64,000 nt of DNA from positions 16,834 through 80,833 of the forward strand of contig OZ220677.1 in NCBI GenBank assembly GCA_965116335.1, given 5' to 3'. This document shows positions 17,486 to 28,446 of this stretch, one piece after another. The DNA is from Arenicellales bacterium (GTDB lineage: Bacteria > Pseudomonadota > Gammaproteobacteria > Arenicellales > Poriferihabitantaceae). Below the pieces are notes generated by a model. That model saw only the letters and a list, made by a program, of their open reading frames with translations, was not told the origin of the DNA and did no database searches. The translations under genes and the position numbers were made by a program. Numbering within the stretch: the first letter of the stretch is position 1; each line of letters starts with the position of its first letter.

Positions 17486-19750
17486 ATGGCCAGGCGATCA
17501 GCAGCGCGGGGAGGCAATTTCTGGCTGTTCATTTCTACCCGTCTGCTGGCCGGGCTGTTTTTCGTTACGTTGGTCATACTGCTTTATTTCGATCTCGAGG
17601 TCCGGCATCGTTTCAGTGGCAACATCCAGGCCGAACCGGCCCATGTCTACGGACGGCCACTGTGGTTGTCGGTCGGCCAGAGGTATGCTCCGGGGGACAT
17701 CGCGGAACGGCTTGAAGCCAATGGCTATCGCCGCGCCGCCACGCTGGTGGAACCCGGAGACTTCGTGGTTGGCAGTCGTGCGATGGATATTTTCATTCGT
17801 AGTTTCGGGCAGGGTGACGATTTTACTGAAGCGCGTGCGGTGCGGATTGCGTTCGACCGTGGCGTTCTCTCTGCAATCACGGATCATGCCAGCGGGGGTC
17901 CTGTCAATCGGGTGGAATTCGCTGCGCCGTTGATCGGTAGCCTGCAACTTAGGCCCCATAAGGACCGGATTTCTTTGAAGCCGCATCAGGCACCGGCGAT
18001 GTTGCTGGAAGCGCTATTTGTCATGGAAGACCGTAATTTCCAACATCATCACGGTATTGATCCGCGCGGGATTCTGCGTGCGGTCTGGGCCAATCTGCGG
18101 CATGGCGGAACGGTTCAGGGCGCCAGTACGCTGACTCAGCAGCTGGTCAAGAATCTGTTTCTGAATCCACAAAAAAAGCTGACTCGCAAAATAGTCGAGG
18201 CGGTGATGGCTGTTATGATGGAGCTTCGTTTCAGCAAGACTACTATTCTCGAACTGTATCTGAATGAGGTATTCCTGGGGCAATCCGGCAATCGGGCGAT
18301 TCATGGATTTGCTCTGGCCAGCGAATACTGGTTCGCCCGTCCGGTCAACCAGCTCAAGGTAGAGGAGGTTGCAATGCTGGTCGGGATGATCGCCGCCCCT
18401 TCCTATTATAATCCGCGCAAACACCCCGAACGGGCGTTGAAGCGTCGCAATCTGGTGCTCGATACTCTGGCTCGCACCGGATCAATCAGTGAGCAAAGCG
18501 CTGAACGGCTGTCGCAAAAGCCGCTCGGAATCGCTCCTCATAAATCGTTGTCAACCAGCGATTTCCCGTCCTGGCTGGATTATCTGCATCGCCAGTTGAG
18601 ACAGTATTATCCGACCGAGGTATTACGGGAAAATGGATTGAACCTGTATACCACCATTGACATCGAGATACAGAAAACGGCGCAGCAGGCGCTTGCCGAG
18701 ACACTGGTTCGCATTGAGCAGCAAAAGGAAATCACTGCCGGGGGGTTGCAGGGTGCGGTGATCGTGGTCGATCCGGAGCGTGGAGAAATCCTGGCGTTGG
18801 TGGGGGATCGCGCTCGTGGCTATTCAGGATTCAACCGTGCGGTCGATGCCCGGCGGCCGGTCGGGTCGCTGGTCAAGCCGGTGGTATATTTGACTGCGCT
18901 GGAGATTCCTGAAAAGTATTCCCTGACTACATTGCTGGATGACAGTCCGCTTACCCTGCACTCACAAGGCAGCGAATCCTGGTCTCCGCAAAACTATGAC
19001 CGGGAGTTTCAGGGCGCCGTACCGTTGTATCAGGGATTGGTGTATTCCCGCAATCTGCCTACGGTACGGCTTGGTCTGGAGCTGGGCGTGGAGCGGGTGA
19101 TTGAGACCATGCGCCGGCTCGGTATTCGGCGCGACATAGCCGATTATCCCTCAACCCTGCTCGGTGCCAGCCAGCACTCGCCGCTGGAAATGGCGCAGAT
19201 GTATCAGGTTATCGCCAATCAGGGCAATCGGATACCGTTACGCACCCTACGCAGTATTCGGAACCATCGAGGTCACACGGTCGCCAGATTCCCGGTTTCG
19301 GCACGTCAGGTGATCGACGATGAGAGTGCTTTCCTGATTGATTACGCTCTGAGAATGGCGGTTCGGCAGGGTACTGCCGCGGGTTTGGGGCGGAGTTTTG
19401 ACACGCAACTGAACCTGGCCGGGAAAACAGGAACTACCAACGACTTCCGGGATAGCTGGTTTGCCGGTTACAGCGCTAATTTGCTGACTGTCGTATGGGT
19501 CGGGCGGGACGACAATCAATCGGTCCATCTGTCCGGCGCGAGCGGTGCCATGCGGGTTTGGGGGGAGGTCATGTCGCGACTGAACCTGGAAAGATCAAGT
19601 CCCGCGCAAAATAATAACATTGTGACCGTCCGTATTGACCCCGATAGTGGATTGGTTGCCAATCAACGTTGTCCAGAGCGGTTGAATCTGCCATTCATAA
19701 GGGGGTCGGAGCCGGAAGGGTTTGCACCGTGTTCCGGCTTGTCGGAATGA
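17486..19750 (+). CDS. mrcB: Penicillin-binding protein 1B
   Basis: N-terminal TM, UB2H-like region, EDRNF, GASTLTQQLVKN, RKIVE, SLVK (SxxK), SRN (SxN), KTG. Confidence 0.92.
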   Translation: MARRSAARGGNFWLFISTRLLAGLFFVTLVILLYFDLEVRHRFSGNIQAEPAHVYGRPLWLSVGQRYAPGDIAERLEANGYRRAATLVEPGDFVVGSRAMDIFIRSFGQGDDFTEARAVRIAFDRGVLSAITDHASGGPVNRVEFAAPLIGSLQLRPHKDRISLKPHQAPAMLLEALFVMEDRNFQHHHGIDPRGILRAVWANLRHGGTVQGASTLTQQLVKNLFLNPQKKLTRKIVEAVMAVMMELRFSKTTILELYLNEVFLGQSGNRAIHGFALASEYWFARPVNQLKVEEVAMLVGMIAAPSYYNPRKHPERALKRRNLVLDTLARTGSISEQSAERLSQKPLGIAPHKSLSTSDFPSWLDYLHRQLRQYYPTEVLRENGLNLYTTIDIEIQKTAQQALAETLVRIEQQKEITAGGLQGAVIVVDPERGEILALVGDRARGYSGFNRAVDARRPVGSLVKPVVYLTALEIPEKYSLTTLLDDSPLTLHSQGSESWSPQNYDREFQGAVPLYQGLVYSRNLPTVRLGLELGVERVIETMRRLGIRRDIADYPSTLLGASQHSPLEMAQMYQVIANQGNRIPLRTLRSIRNHRGHTVARFPVSARQVIDDESAFLIDYALRMAVRQGTAAGLGRSFDTQLNLAGKTGTTNDFRDSWFAGYSANLLTVVWVGRDDNQSVHLSGASGAMRVWGEVMSRLNLERSSPAQNNNIVTVRIDPDSGLVANQRCPERLNLPFIRGSEPEGFAPCSGLSE

Positions 19751-19754
19751 TATG

Positions 19755-19935
19755 GATACATGGATCGAAATGATCTCGTAGGGGAGGGTCTCTGTGCCCT
19801 CCCGCGAATGATCGGAACGGGTATCAACGATAGCGGACAGGCACATAGGCCTGTCCCTACGCATCGGTGATTGCAGGTTCTGTATTGTTGTGGATTCCCG
19901 CCTGCGCGGGAAAGACGGATGTTGTTGGGGGTGGG
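19755..19935. repeat. REP-like mosaic
   Basis: cgtaggggagggtctctgtgccctcccgc, ggacaggcacataggcctgtccctacg, ggattcccgcctgcgcgggaa. Confidence 0.85.
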
Positions 19936-20031
19936 AGTCTGTGATAACCAAAGTTATAGTACAATGCGGTTGTTATTCCTGCGGAAACAGTGGGAACCCA
20001 CAATCCATACTCTATAAAATATGACATAAAA

Positions 20032-21408
20032 ATGAATTATTACCACTCGATTATTGAAACGATCGGCAATACACCTCTGGTCAAGCTCAATTCCGTCACT
20101 CGCGGTATCAAGGGGACGGTGCTGGCGAAGGTTGAATACTTCAATCCGGGCAACTCGATGAAGGATCGCATGGCGATCAAAATGATAGAGGACGCGGAGG
20201 CGAGAGGCGATCTGAAACCGGGCGGCGCCATTATCGAAGGCACCTCAGGCAATACCGGCATGGGGTTGGCGCTGGGGGCGATTGCAAAAGGTTACCGATG
20301 TATTTTTACTCTGGCTGACAAGCAATCCCAGGAGAAGATAGACATCCTGAAGGCGGTTGGCGCCGAAGTCCATGTCTGTCCGACTGCGGTGGCACCGGAA
20401 GACCCGAGATCCTATTACTCGGTGGCGCAACGGCTGAATGAGGAAATCGAAAATTCGTATTATCCCAACCAATATGACAATCTGTCCAATGCGGACGCGC
20501 ATTATGAAACCACCGGCCCGGAAATCTGGCGGGATACCGATGGCAGAATCACTCACTACGCAGCCGGAGTTGGCACAGGCGGTTCGATGTGTGGCGTGGC
20601 TAAATACCTGAAGGAGCAAAACCCCGACTTAGTGACCGTCGGCATTGATACTTACGGTTCGGTGTTCAAGAAATACAAGGAAACCGGAGTGTTTGATGAA
20701 ACTGAAATCTATCCCTATCTGACCGAGGGCATCGGCGAGGACATTCTCCCGGCCAATGTGGATTTCTCTCTGATCGATCATTTTATAAAGGTGACCGACA
20801 AGGATGGGGCGATCATGACCCGCAGGCTGTCTCGTGAAGAGGGTCTGTTTGTTGGCTGGTCCTGCGGCTCCGCGGTCTGGGGTGCGCTGGAGTGGGCGCG
20901 GGAGAATCTGACTGAAGACGATGTCATGGTGATCATCATGCCGGATCACGGCACCCGTTATCTGGGCAAGATTTACAATGATGACTGGATGAAGGATCAC
21001 GGCTTTATCGAGGAACGCGACTACGGCTCGGCGGCCAATATCATCGCCAAGCAGGACGGCGAGGACGCCCTCACCACGATCAGCAGGGATGCCAGCGTGA
21101 CCGAGGCGATTTCATTGCTGACCTCGGTTTCGGTTTCGCAGTTGCCGGTGATGGACGGGGATCAGTTTGTCGGCAGCCTGAGCGATACCCGGTTGCTCAA
21201 GCAACTGATCGAAGACCCTTCCATCCGGGAAAAGGAGGTCCATGAGGTCATGGATCAGCCGTTCCAGTTCGTGCCAGCCGATACCACACTGGATGTTCTC
21301 TCCTCGATGATCAACCGGAAAAATCCCGCGCTGATGGTTCGCGACCGCTGTGGTCTGCCACGCATCATCACCCAGCATGACTTGCTGGAGGCGATTGCGG
21401 AAGCGTAA
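20032..21408 (+). CDS. Cystathionine beta-synthase / cysteine synthase family PLP enzyme with C-terminal CBS domains
   Basis: IGNTPLVKL, KVEYFNPGNSMKDR, EGTSGNTG, GVGTGG, EGIG, GWSCG, PDHGTRY; CBS pair after about residue 345. Confidence 0.9.
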   Translation: MNYYHSIIETIGNTPLVKLNSVTRGIKGTVLAKVEYFNPGNSMKDRMAIKMIEDAEARGDLKPGGAIIEGTSGNTGMGLALGAIAKGYRCIFTLADKQSQEKIDILKAVGAEVHVCPTAVAPEDPRSYYSVAQRLNEEIENSYYPNQYDNLSNADAHYETTGPEIWRDTDGRITHYAAGVGTGGSMCGVAKYLKEQNPDLVTVGIDTYGSVFKKYKETGVFDETEIYPYLTEGIGEDILPANVDFSLIDHFIKVTDKDGAIMTRRLSREEGLFVGWSCGSAVWGALEWARENLTEDDVMVIIMPDHGTRYLGKIYNDDWMKDHGFIEERDYGSAANIIAKQDGEDALTTISRDASVTEAISLLTSVSVSQLPVMDGDQFVGSLSDTRLLKQLIEDPSIREKEVHEVMDQPFQFVPADTTLDVLSSMINRKNPALMVRDRCGLPRIITQHDLLEAIAEA

Positions 21409-21418
21409 GTTTTCTGTG

Positions 21419-22288
21419 GTGAAGCCTGAAATTGTAGTCGCTCTGTCGGCTGCAATATGGGGGCTGTTCTGGCTGCCGCTCCGGGCTTTCGAATCCATGG
21501 GGATGGATCCGGCCTGGGTTACGGTCGGGCAATTCATTATTCCGCTGATTTGTTTGTTGCCATTTGCCTGGGTTCGGCTGTGGCGTCGACAAGCAACTGG
21601 CACCGAGCAGATCATCACCGGATTTTTGATTGGCGGGGCATTGGCTCTGTACTGCGAAAGCCTGTTGCTGACCGATGTGGTGCGTGCTCTGATTCTGTTT
21701 TACGTGATGCCAGCCTGGGGCACGCTGGTGGAGATTGGTTTCATGGGCCGTCGGTTTACCCTGTGGCGCGGACTTTCCCTGTTACTCAGCATGGCTGGCC
21801 TGTTGGTATTACTGCGGGTCGGTGCTGATCTGGATGTGTCTCTGAATACCGGCGATGTGATGGCCCTGCTATCGGGCATGATCTATGCGGTGGGTGCGAT
21901 GCGGGTTCGGCAGGCGCAGGCGGTTAGCGTGTTTGAGCAGGTATTCGCGTTTTTCCTGTACGGTGGTATTTTCGCTTTTGCGTTGACCTTCCTGCCAATA
22001 CCCGGCTTCGGAGTACTGCCGTCCCTGTCGGTCATCCAGCAGGTTGTGCCCTGGATGATACTGGTATCCGTGGTATTCATCATTCCGGTGTCGTGGGGGT
22101 TGTTTTGGGGTAATCGGTCGGTTGATCCAGGCAGACTCGGTATATTACTTCAGCTCGAAGCAGTGGTCGGGATTGGCAGTGCCGCGATTATTATCGACGA
22201 GCCGTTCGGCTGGCGTGAGGCAACCGGGGCGTTGATGGTATTGGCTGCCGGATTGATCGAGGTTGTTGCTAATCGACCGCAACGGTAG
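21419..22288 (+). CDS. DMT/EamA family transporter
   Basis: About ten hydrophobic segments; AAIWG, LFYVMPAWG, LLQLEAVVG; GTG start at 21419. Confidence 0.85.
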   Translation: MKPEIVVALSAAIWGLFWLPLRAFESMGMDPAWVTVGQFIIPLICLLPFAWVRLWRRQATGTEQIITGFLIGGALALYCESLLLTDVVRALILFYVMPAWGTLVEIGFMGRRFTLWRGLSLLLSMAGLLVLLRVGADLDVSLNTGDVMALLSGMIYAVGAMRVRQAQAVSVFEQVFAFFLYGGIFAFALTFLPIPGFGVLPSLSVIQQVVPWMILVSVVFIIPVSWGLFWGNRSVDPGRLGILLQLEAVVGIGSAAIIIDEPFGWREATGALMVLAAGLIEVVANRPQR

Positions 22289-22309
22289 TTACAGGTTCCG
22301 GATGGTTGT

Positions 22310-22500
22310 GGTGTGGGATGGGCGTGGGGAATGATGTGATGGATGCCAACCCGTTATCGTAGGGGAGGGCCTCCGTGCCCTCCCGCAACCGCCGGAACAG
22401 GTATCAACGATAGCGGGCACCCACAGAGGGGCGCCCCTACGATGACAGTAAGCGCTGTATCTGAATGGTTGTGGATTCCCCCTCAAGGGGGGAATGATGT
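22310..22500. repeat. REP-like mosaic
   Basis: cgtaggggagggcctccgtgccctcccgc, gcgggcacccacagaggggcgcccctacg, ccccctcaaggggggaatga. Confidence 0.85.
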
Positions 22501-22565
22501 TGGTTGTGGTACGAAAACAGTTAGAATTGAGGGGGTCGGTTACTATCTGAAATTATTGCCTGATA

Positions 22566-24176
22566 ATGAATGCCATCCTGCTGCTTATTGCTTTTCTTGC
22601 CGGAATGGTTTTTCGTCGGCTCGGGTATCCACCGTTGCTCGGATTTCTGCTGGCGGGGTTTGTGGCAAACGAGATCGGAGTGGGGGATGTCGAAACTATC
22701 CGTCCACTCGCTGACCTCGGTATCACTCTGCTTCTCTTTACCATCGGACTCAAGCTGAATCTGCGGGAACTGGCACAGATACAGGTCTGGGGAACAGCCT
22801 CGGCGCATACCCTGATTGCCGTAGTTCTGACTGTGCCGGTGATACTTCTCGCGGGATACCTGTTGCCGGTGATGCAGCTGGAAAATACCTCTTCGGCCTG
22901 GGTGCTGGCCTTCGCTCTCTCGTTCTCAAGTACCGTTTTTGCCATCAAGATCATCGAGGAGCGTGGTGAAAGCGCCGCCCTGCATGCGGATATAGCCATC
23001 GGCATCCTGATCATCCAGGATATTTTTGCCGTCTGTTTCCTGGTCTTGACTGCGGACAAGGCACCGGGTCTCTGGGCGCTGGGACTCCTGGTATTGCCCT
23101 TCCTGCGACCCGTGATGATCGCTTTGCTGAACCGCGCCGGGCATGGTGAATTATTGGTCTTGTTCGGGGTGGCCGCCGCCATTGCCGCTTATGAATTGTT
23201 CGAGCTGGTGGATCTCAAGGGTGGGCTGGGCGCATTGATTTTCGGGGTATTGCTTGGGCGGGCGGAAAAGGCGTCTGAGCTTTACAAGAGTCTGGTTTCG
23301 CTCAAGGACTTGTTCCTGATCGGCTTTTTCCTGCAAATCGGATTCTTCGGGTTGCCTTCTCTGGAGATGGTGTTGGTGGCACTGGCATTGTCCGCGTTGA
23401 TTTTCCTGCGTCCACTGATCTATTACTTTCTGCTGGTCGGTTTCGGGTTGCGGGCGCGGACTGCCTTTGTCGCTGGATTCGCTCTCTTCAATTACTCCGA
23501 GTTCGGGCTGATTGTCGGTGCCATTGCCGTCAGCGCCGGCCTGTTGTCACCGGAGTGGTTGACGACTCTGGCTCTGGTCATGGCCATGTCGCTCTTTATC
23601 GCCACTCCTTTCAATACCAAAGTGCATCGACTGTATGGAAGATTTTCCGCAATCCTTAACCGATTTGAGCGCAAGGAACGATTGGATCGGGAGAAAATGC
23701 CGAGTCTGGGTGATGCCGAGATTGTAGTGCTTGGTATGGGGCGTGTGGGGGTCGGTGCGTATGAAACGCTGCGTGAGCGGTACGGCGATGTCGTGGTCGG
23801 AATTGAGGAGAATACGGAAAGACTGAAATACCTGGTTGAGGGGGGGTATCGTTGCGTATCGGGGGATGCCAGTGACTCTGATTTCTGGTTGAACGCCGAT
23901 CTGGTCAAGCGACGGGTGTTATTGATCAGTTTGTCCAGCCATCGGGAAAATCTGTATGTGGTTGATATTGCGAAAAGACTGAATTATTCGGGTACTCTTG
24001 CTGTAATTTCCCGCTATCCTGATCACAGAGCCGAACTGGAAAGTCTCGGCTGCGTTACTTTTAACCTTTATGCCGGAGCGGGACGCGGATTTGCGGAACA
24101 TGTTTTGCGGCAAATGGATGAAACAGGTATCAACGGTAGCGGACAGGCACAGAGGCCTGTCCCTACGCATCGGTAA
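22566..24176 (+). CDS. CPA2-family cation:proton antiporter with TrkA-N/KTN domain (Kef-like)
   Basis: LGITLLLFTIGLKL, SFSSTVFAIK, GILIIQDI, YSEFG; C-terminal VLGMGRVG nucleotide-binding motif. Confidence 0.9.
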   Translation: MNAILLLIAFLAGMVFRRLGYPPLLGFLLAGFVANEIGVGDVETIRPLADLGITLLLFTIGLKLNLRELAQIQVWGTASAHTLIAVVLTVPVILLAGYLLPVMQLENTSSAWVLAFALSFSSTVFAIKIIEERGESAALHADIAIGILIIQDIFAVCFLVLTADKAPGLWALGLLVLPFLRPVMIALLNRAGHGELLVLFGVAAAIAAYELFELVDLKGGLGALIFGVLLGRAEKASELYKSLVSLKDLFLIGFFLQIGFFGLPSLEMVLVALALSALIFLRPLIYYFLLVGFGLRARTAFVAGFALFNYSEFGLIVGAIAVSAGLLSPEWLTTLALVMAMSLFIATPFNTKVHRLYGRFSAILNRFERKERLDREKMPSLGDAEIVVLGMGRVGVGAYETLRERYGDVVVGIEENTERLKYLVEGGYRCVSGDASDSDFWLNADLVKRRVLLISLSSHRENLYVVDIAKRLNYSGTLAVISRYPDHRAELESLGCVTFNLYAGAGRGFAEHVLRQMDETGINGSGQAQRPVPTHR

Positions 24177-24462
24177 TTGCAGATTCCGTATCGTTGTGTC
24201 CCCCCATCCAATCCGCTTACGGATTGGATTCCCCCTCAAGGGGGGAATGATGTGATGGATGCCAACCCGTCATCGTAGGGGAGGGTCTCCGTGCCCTCCC
24301 GCAACCGCCGGAACAGGTATCAACGGTAGCGGACAGGCACAGAGGCCTGTCCCTACGCATCGGTAATTGCGGATTCCATATCGTTGTGTCCCCCCATCAC
24401 ACCCGCTTTGCGCGATGTGATTCCCCCTCAAGGGGGGAATGATGTTGGTAATTGCAGATTCC
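24120..24462. repeat. REP-like mosaic overlapping the antiporter 3' end
   Basis: aacaggtatcaacggtagcggacaggcacagaggcctgtccctacgcatcggtaattgc occurs twice (~24122 and ~24313), plus ccatccaatccg and ccccctcaagggggg hairpins. Confidence 0.88.
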
Positions 24463-24664
24463 GTATGGTTGTGGATTATGAGAAATCAAGTTAATATCGG
24501 TAAAAATTTAATTTATGCTCCGGCGGATTGTCGGTATTCCGACCGACAAGCCGGGAAAACTAACTGCGACCTGTCACCGATGGAGTCTGAATCGACAGAA
24601 GCTATTGGTATGCCGGTTCTTTAACCGGGCGATCAGGTTGTGACAACTACTTGAGGATAATGAT

Positions 24665-26053
24665 ATGGAACAACTGAATTCAGTCATCAGTTCGATCAAT
24701 GCTTTCGCCTGGGGACCTCCGATGCTGGGGATGTTGGGGGTGACCGGGGTTCTGCTCACACTTGGCCTGGTATTCATGCCCTGGCGCAAGGTGGTGTATG
24801 GTTTCAGGATTCTGTTTGACAAAAGCGCCCCGGAAGGGGAGGGGGAAGTCAAACCGTTTAATGCCTTGATGACCGCATTATCGGCAACGGTGGGAACCGG
24901 CAATATCGCAGGCGTAGCGACCGCGATCGCACTCGGTGGGCCGGGCGCTATTTTTTACATGTGGGTCATTGCCCTGTTCGGTATGGCGACCAAGTACGCT
25001 GAGGCTGTGTGCGCGGTTACTTACCGGGAGGTTGATAGCGAAGGCAAGTATGTTGGCGGGCCGATGTACTATCTGCGTAATGGCGTGGGCGCTTTTGCCC
25101 CGGAACTTGGCAAATGGCTGGGATTGTTGTTCGCTATTTTCGGCGCAGTGGCGGCATTTGGAATCGGCAATGCCGTGCAAGTCAATTCAATGGCGGCAGC
25201 ACTGGATGCCAGTTTCAATCTGCCGACCTGGATTACGGGTATTATTGTTGCAGTACTTGTTGCGTTCGTGATTCTCGGCGGTATTCGCCGGATCGGTGAG
25301 GTGGCCGGGAAACTCGTACCGACTATGATTGTCTTGTATATTGGTGCGGCGCTGATCGTTATTCTGATAAATATCAGCAAGGTTCCGGAAGCATTTGGCT
25401 TGATTTTTTATCATGCGTTCAACCCTGCCGCGGCTGCCGGTGGCTTTGCCGGAGCAGCAGTTGCTGCGGCCATTCGATTCGGTGTGGCGCGCGGTGTATT
25501 CTCGAATGAATCCGGTCTCGGTTCCGCCGCCATCGCACACGCTGCGGCGCAAACCAATAACCCGGTACGACAAGGCATTATCGCCATGCTGGGCACATTC
25601 ATTGATACGCTGGTGGTTTGCACCATGACCGCTCTGGTGATCATCACCTCAGGAATGTGGACGGCGATGGGAGCAGATGGAATGGGGCTTACCGGAGTTG
25701 TCCTTACCTCCGAGAGCTTCGCCAACAGCATCAGCGGCGGTCAGTACATTGTCACCATCGCTCTGGTGGTTTTCGCCTTCACCACGATCCTCGGCTGGTC
25801 CTATTATGGTGAAAGATGCTGGCAGTATCTGTTCAGCGAAAAGAGCCTGCTGATCTATCGGATATTGTGGGTGTTGGCGGCACTTGGTTTTGCCAGCGTG
25901 AAAGTGGATTTTGTCTGGAATCTGTCGGACACTCTCAACGGATTGATGGCGGTTCCCAACCTGATTGGCTTGCTGCTGCTCGCTCCAGTGGTTTTCAAGG
26001 TGACCCGTGAGTACTTTGACAAGGAAGGTACGCCGCTGTCGAAGGCTGGCTGA
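24665..26053 (+). CDS. Alanine/glycine:cation symporter (AGCS family)
   Basis: ALSATVGTGNIAGVATAI, GGPGA, GGPMYY, GVARGVFSNESGLGS, FIDTLVVCT, FAFTTILGWSYYGE. Confidence 0.95.
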   Translation: MEQLNSVISSINAFAWGPPMLGMLGVTGVLLTLGLVFMPWRKVVYGFRILFDKSAPEGEGEVKPFNALMTALSATVGTGNIAGVATAIALGGPGAIFYMWVIALFGMATKYAEAVCAVTYREVDSEGKYVGGPMYYLRNGVGAFAPELGKWLGLLFAIFGAVAAFGIGNAVQVNSMAAALDASFNLPTWITGIIVAVLVAFVILGGIRRIGEVAGKLVPTMIVLYIGAALIVILINISKVPEAFGLIFYHAFNPAAAAGGFAGAAVAAAIRFGVARGVFSNESGLGSAAIAHAAAQTNNPVRQGIIAMLGTFIDTLVVCTMTALVIITSGMWTAMGADGMGLTGVVLTSESFANSISGGQYIVTIALVVFAFTTILGWSYYGERCWQYLFSEKSLLIYRILWVLAALGFASVKVDFVWNLSDTLNGLMAVPNLIGLLLLAPVVFKVTREYFDKEGTPLSKAG

Positions 26054-26106
26054 TGAAACAGCGTCAAGCCAATCGGTGCAATCAGATTGTGCGGTTTCGG
26101 TGACTG

Positions 26107-26136
26107 AAAAGGCCGGGGGTTCCCCGGCCTTTTTTT
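26107..26136. terminator. Bidirectional rho-independent terminator
   Basis: AAAAGGCCGGGG-gtt-CCCCGGCCTTTTTTT between the convergent symporter and gltX genes. Confidence 0.9.
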
Positions 26137-26142
26137 GGTTGT

Positions 26143-27549
26143 TCAGGTTAGCTCCGCGAACAGCCGGATTGCTTTTTCAATTCGCCGTAATGATCGGTCT
26201 TTGCCTACCAGCCATAGTGTCTGGTCAATCGAGGGCGTGGCGGATGACCCGGATACCGCGATTCGCAAAGGCTGGGCCACTTCGGGGAAGCGGATACCCT
26301 GTTCAGTAACAAACGACTGGATGGTGCGACTGATTTCGGTACTGTTCCAGTCCTCCAGTGCCGCAAGCCTGGTCATTACAAGTGACAGAATCCCGCTGGT
26401 CGTGCTGTTTACGTGTTTGTCCATGGATTGCGAGTCATATTGATCGAATTCAGTGTATAGATAAAGAACACTGTCGGTCATTTCTTCCAGGGTTTGCGCT
26501 CTCTGACGCACGACCTCAATCACTTCACTCATTTGAGGGCCATTGGATAACCCGATTCCCCGTTGATTGAGGCGTTTCGATATTTCCCTGGCTAATCGAT
26601 CAGGAGCCATTGCCTGAATATACTGCTGATTCATCCACAACAGCTTGGCCGGGTCGAATGTCGCCGGAGCCTTGTTGATTTTATTAATATCGAACAGTTC
26701 GATCATTTCGTCCACGTCGAATATCTCCTGATCACCATGTGACCAGCCCAGGCGGACCAGATAGTTGAGCAGGGCAGAAGGCAGAATGCCCATGTCACGA
26801 TATTCGAGAACGCTGGCAGCACCGTGACGTTTTGAAAGACGCTGCCCGTCTTCTGCCAGAATCAACGGCACATGGACATAGATTGGCAGCGGGGCTGCCA
26901 GTGCCTGGAGAATGTTTATCTGCCGCGGCGTGTTATTGATATGGTCTGCCCCCCGGATGACATGAGTCACTCCCATATCCATGTCGTCCACTACGGCTGT
27001 CAGGTTATAGGTGGGCATGCCGTCACTGCGTGCAATGACCAGGTCATCCAGTTCCTTATTGGCAAACTCTACTTCACCCCGCACTGCGTCATTGAACACA
27101 ACCGAGCCTTGTTGAGGGTTCCTGAATCGGACTACGGTGGATTCGCAGGTATCAGGATTCAGTTGCCGGTCTCTGCAATGGCCATCGTATCTGGGTTTTT
27201 CTCCCCGGCCACGTTGTGCTTCACGGACTTGATCCAGCCGTTGTTTGCTGCATGAGCAATGATAGGCGTCTCCCTGATCCAGTAACTGCCGGATGACATC
27301 CCGGTATCGGTCCAATCGCTCGGTCTGGTAGTAGGCTCCCTGGTCCCAGGTCAACCCCATCCACTTCATTGACTCAAGAATCGCGTCAATGGCTTTCTGG
27401 GTTGAGCGCACACGGTCCGTATCTTCGATGCGGAGCACCATCTTGCCGCCGGTTTTCCTGGCATATAACCAGTTGAACAGGGCGGTTCGGGCACCCCCGA
27501 TATGAAGCTCCCCGGTGGGGCTCGGAGGGAATCGGGTAACGGTCTGCAT
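26143..27549 (-). CDS. gltX: Glutamate--tRNA ligase
   Basis: TRFPPSPTGELHIGGARTALFNWL, LRIEDTD, VIRGADH, LSKR, PLRIAVSG. Confidence 0.96.
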   Translation of the reverse strand: MQTVTRFPPSPTGELHIGGARTALFNWLYARKTGGKMVLRIEDTDRVRSTQKAIDAILESMKWMGLTWDQGAYYQTERLDRYRDVIRQLLDQGDAYHCSCSKQRLDQVREAQRGRGEKPRYDGHCRDRQLNPDTCESTVVRFRNPQQGSVVFNDAVRGEVEFANKELDDLVIARSDGMPTYNLTAVVDDMDMGVTHVIRGADHINNTPRQINILQALAAPLPIYVHVPLILAEDGQRLSKRHGAASVLEYRDMGILPSALLNYLVRLGWSHGDQEIFDVDEMIELFDINKINKAPATFDPAKLLWMNQQYIQAMAPDRLAREISKRLNQRGIGLSNGPQMSEVIEVVRQRAQTLEEMTDSVLYLYTEFDQYDSQSMDKHVNSTTSGILSLVMTRLAALEDWNSTEISRTIQSFVTEQGIRFPEVAQPLRIAVSGSSATPSIDQTLWLVGKDRSLRRIEKAIRLFAELT

Positions 27550-27571
27550 TGCGAGTTCCGATCAGGACATC

Positions 27572-28393
27572 CTATATTCCACGGAGAAGCTCATTGATCC
27601 CCACCTTGTTCCGGGTTTTCTCGTCAACTGTTTTGACGATGACCGCGCAGTACAGGCTGTGGCTGCCATCCTTCGCCGGGATTGACCCTGAGACCACAAC
27701 CGAACCGGGTGGCACGTAGCCATAGCTTAAGTCGTTCGTTTCCCGGTTCAAAATGCGAGTGCTTTGACCAATATATACACCCATGGATATGACGGCGCCT
27801 TTGCCGACGATCACGCCTTCGACAATCTCACTGCGCGCGCCGATGAAACAATTATCCTCGATTATGGTCGGTGATGCCTGCAGGGGTTCCAGGACACCGC
27901 CGATTCCCACACCGCCTGACAAATGAACATTCGAGCCGATTTGAGCGCATGAGCCGACGGTCGCCCAGGTATCTACCATCGTACCGGCGCCGACCCAGGC
28001 GCCGATATTGACGTAGCTTGGCATCAATACCACATTTTCTGCAATGTATGCGCCTCTTCTCACTGTGGCCGGTGGTACGACCCGGAAACCACAGCGGGAG
28101 AAATCGTCGTCGGTATACTGGCTGAACTTGGTGGCGACCTTGTCGTAGTATCGGGTAGCGCCATCCACGATCATTTGATTCTGTTCTATCCTGAAGGAAA
28201 GAAGAACGGCCATTTTAAGCCACTGATTGACCTTCCAGCCTCCCTGGTCGGGTTCAGCTACCCGGGCTTCACCTTTATCGAGTAGTGCGATGGACTGATT
28301 GATTGCAGTTTTCAGCACCGGGTCGACGTTCTGTGGAGTGATTTCGGCGCGCCGCTCCCATGCCCGGGTTATGGTTTGTTCAAGGTCATTCAT
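27572..28393 (-). CDS. dapD: Tetrahydrodipicolinate N-succinyltransferase
   Basis: [58 protein letters not shown]. Confidence 0.97.
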   Translation of the reverse strand: MNDLEQTITRAWERRAEITPQNVDPVLKTAINQSIALLDKGEARVAEPDQGGWKVNQWLKMAVLLSFRIEQNQMIVDGATRYYDKVATKFSQYTDDDFSRCGFRVVPPATVRRGAYIAENVVLMPSYVNIGAWVGAGTMVDTWATVGSCAQIGSNVHLSGGVGIGGVLEPLQASPTIIEDNCFIGARSEIVEGVIVGKGAVISMGVYIGQSTRILNRETNDLSYGYVPPGSVVVSGSIPAKDGSHSLYCAVIVKTVDEKTRNKVGINELLRGI

Positions 28394-28446
28394 GGTGATA
28401 GGGGGTGGATATTCCAGAGTCGCGATTATAAGCCATAATCAATCGG

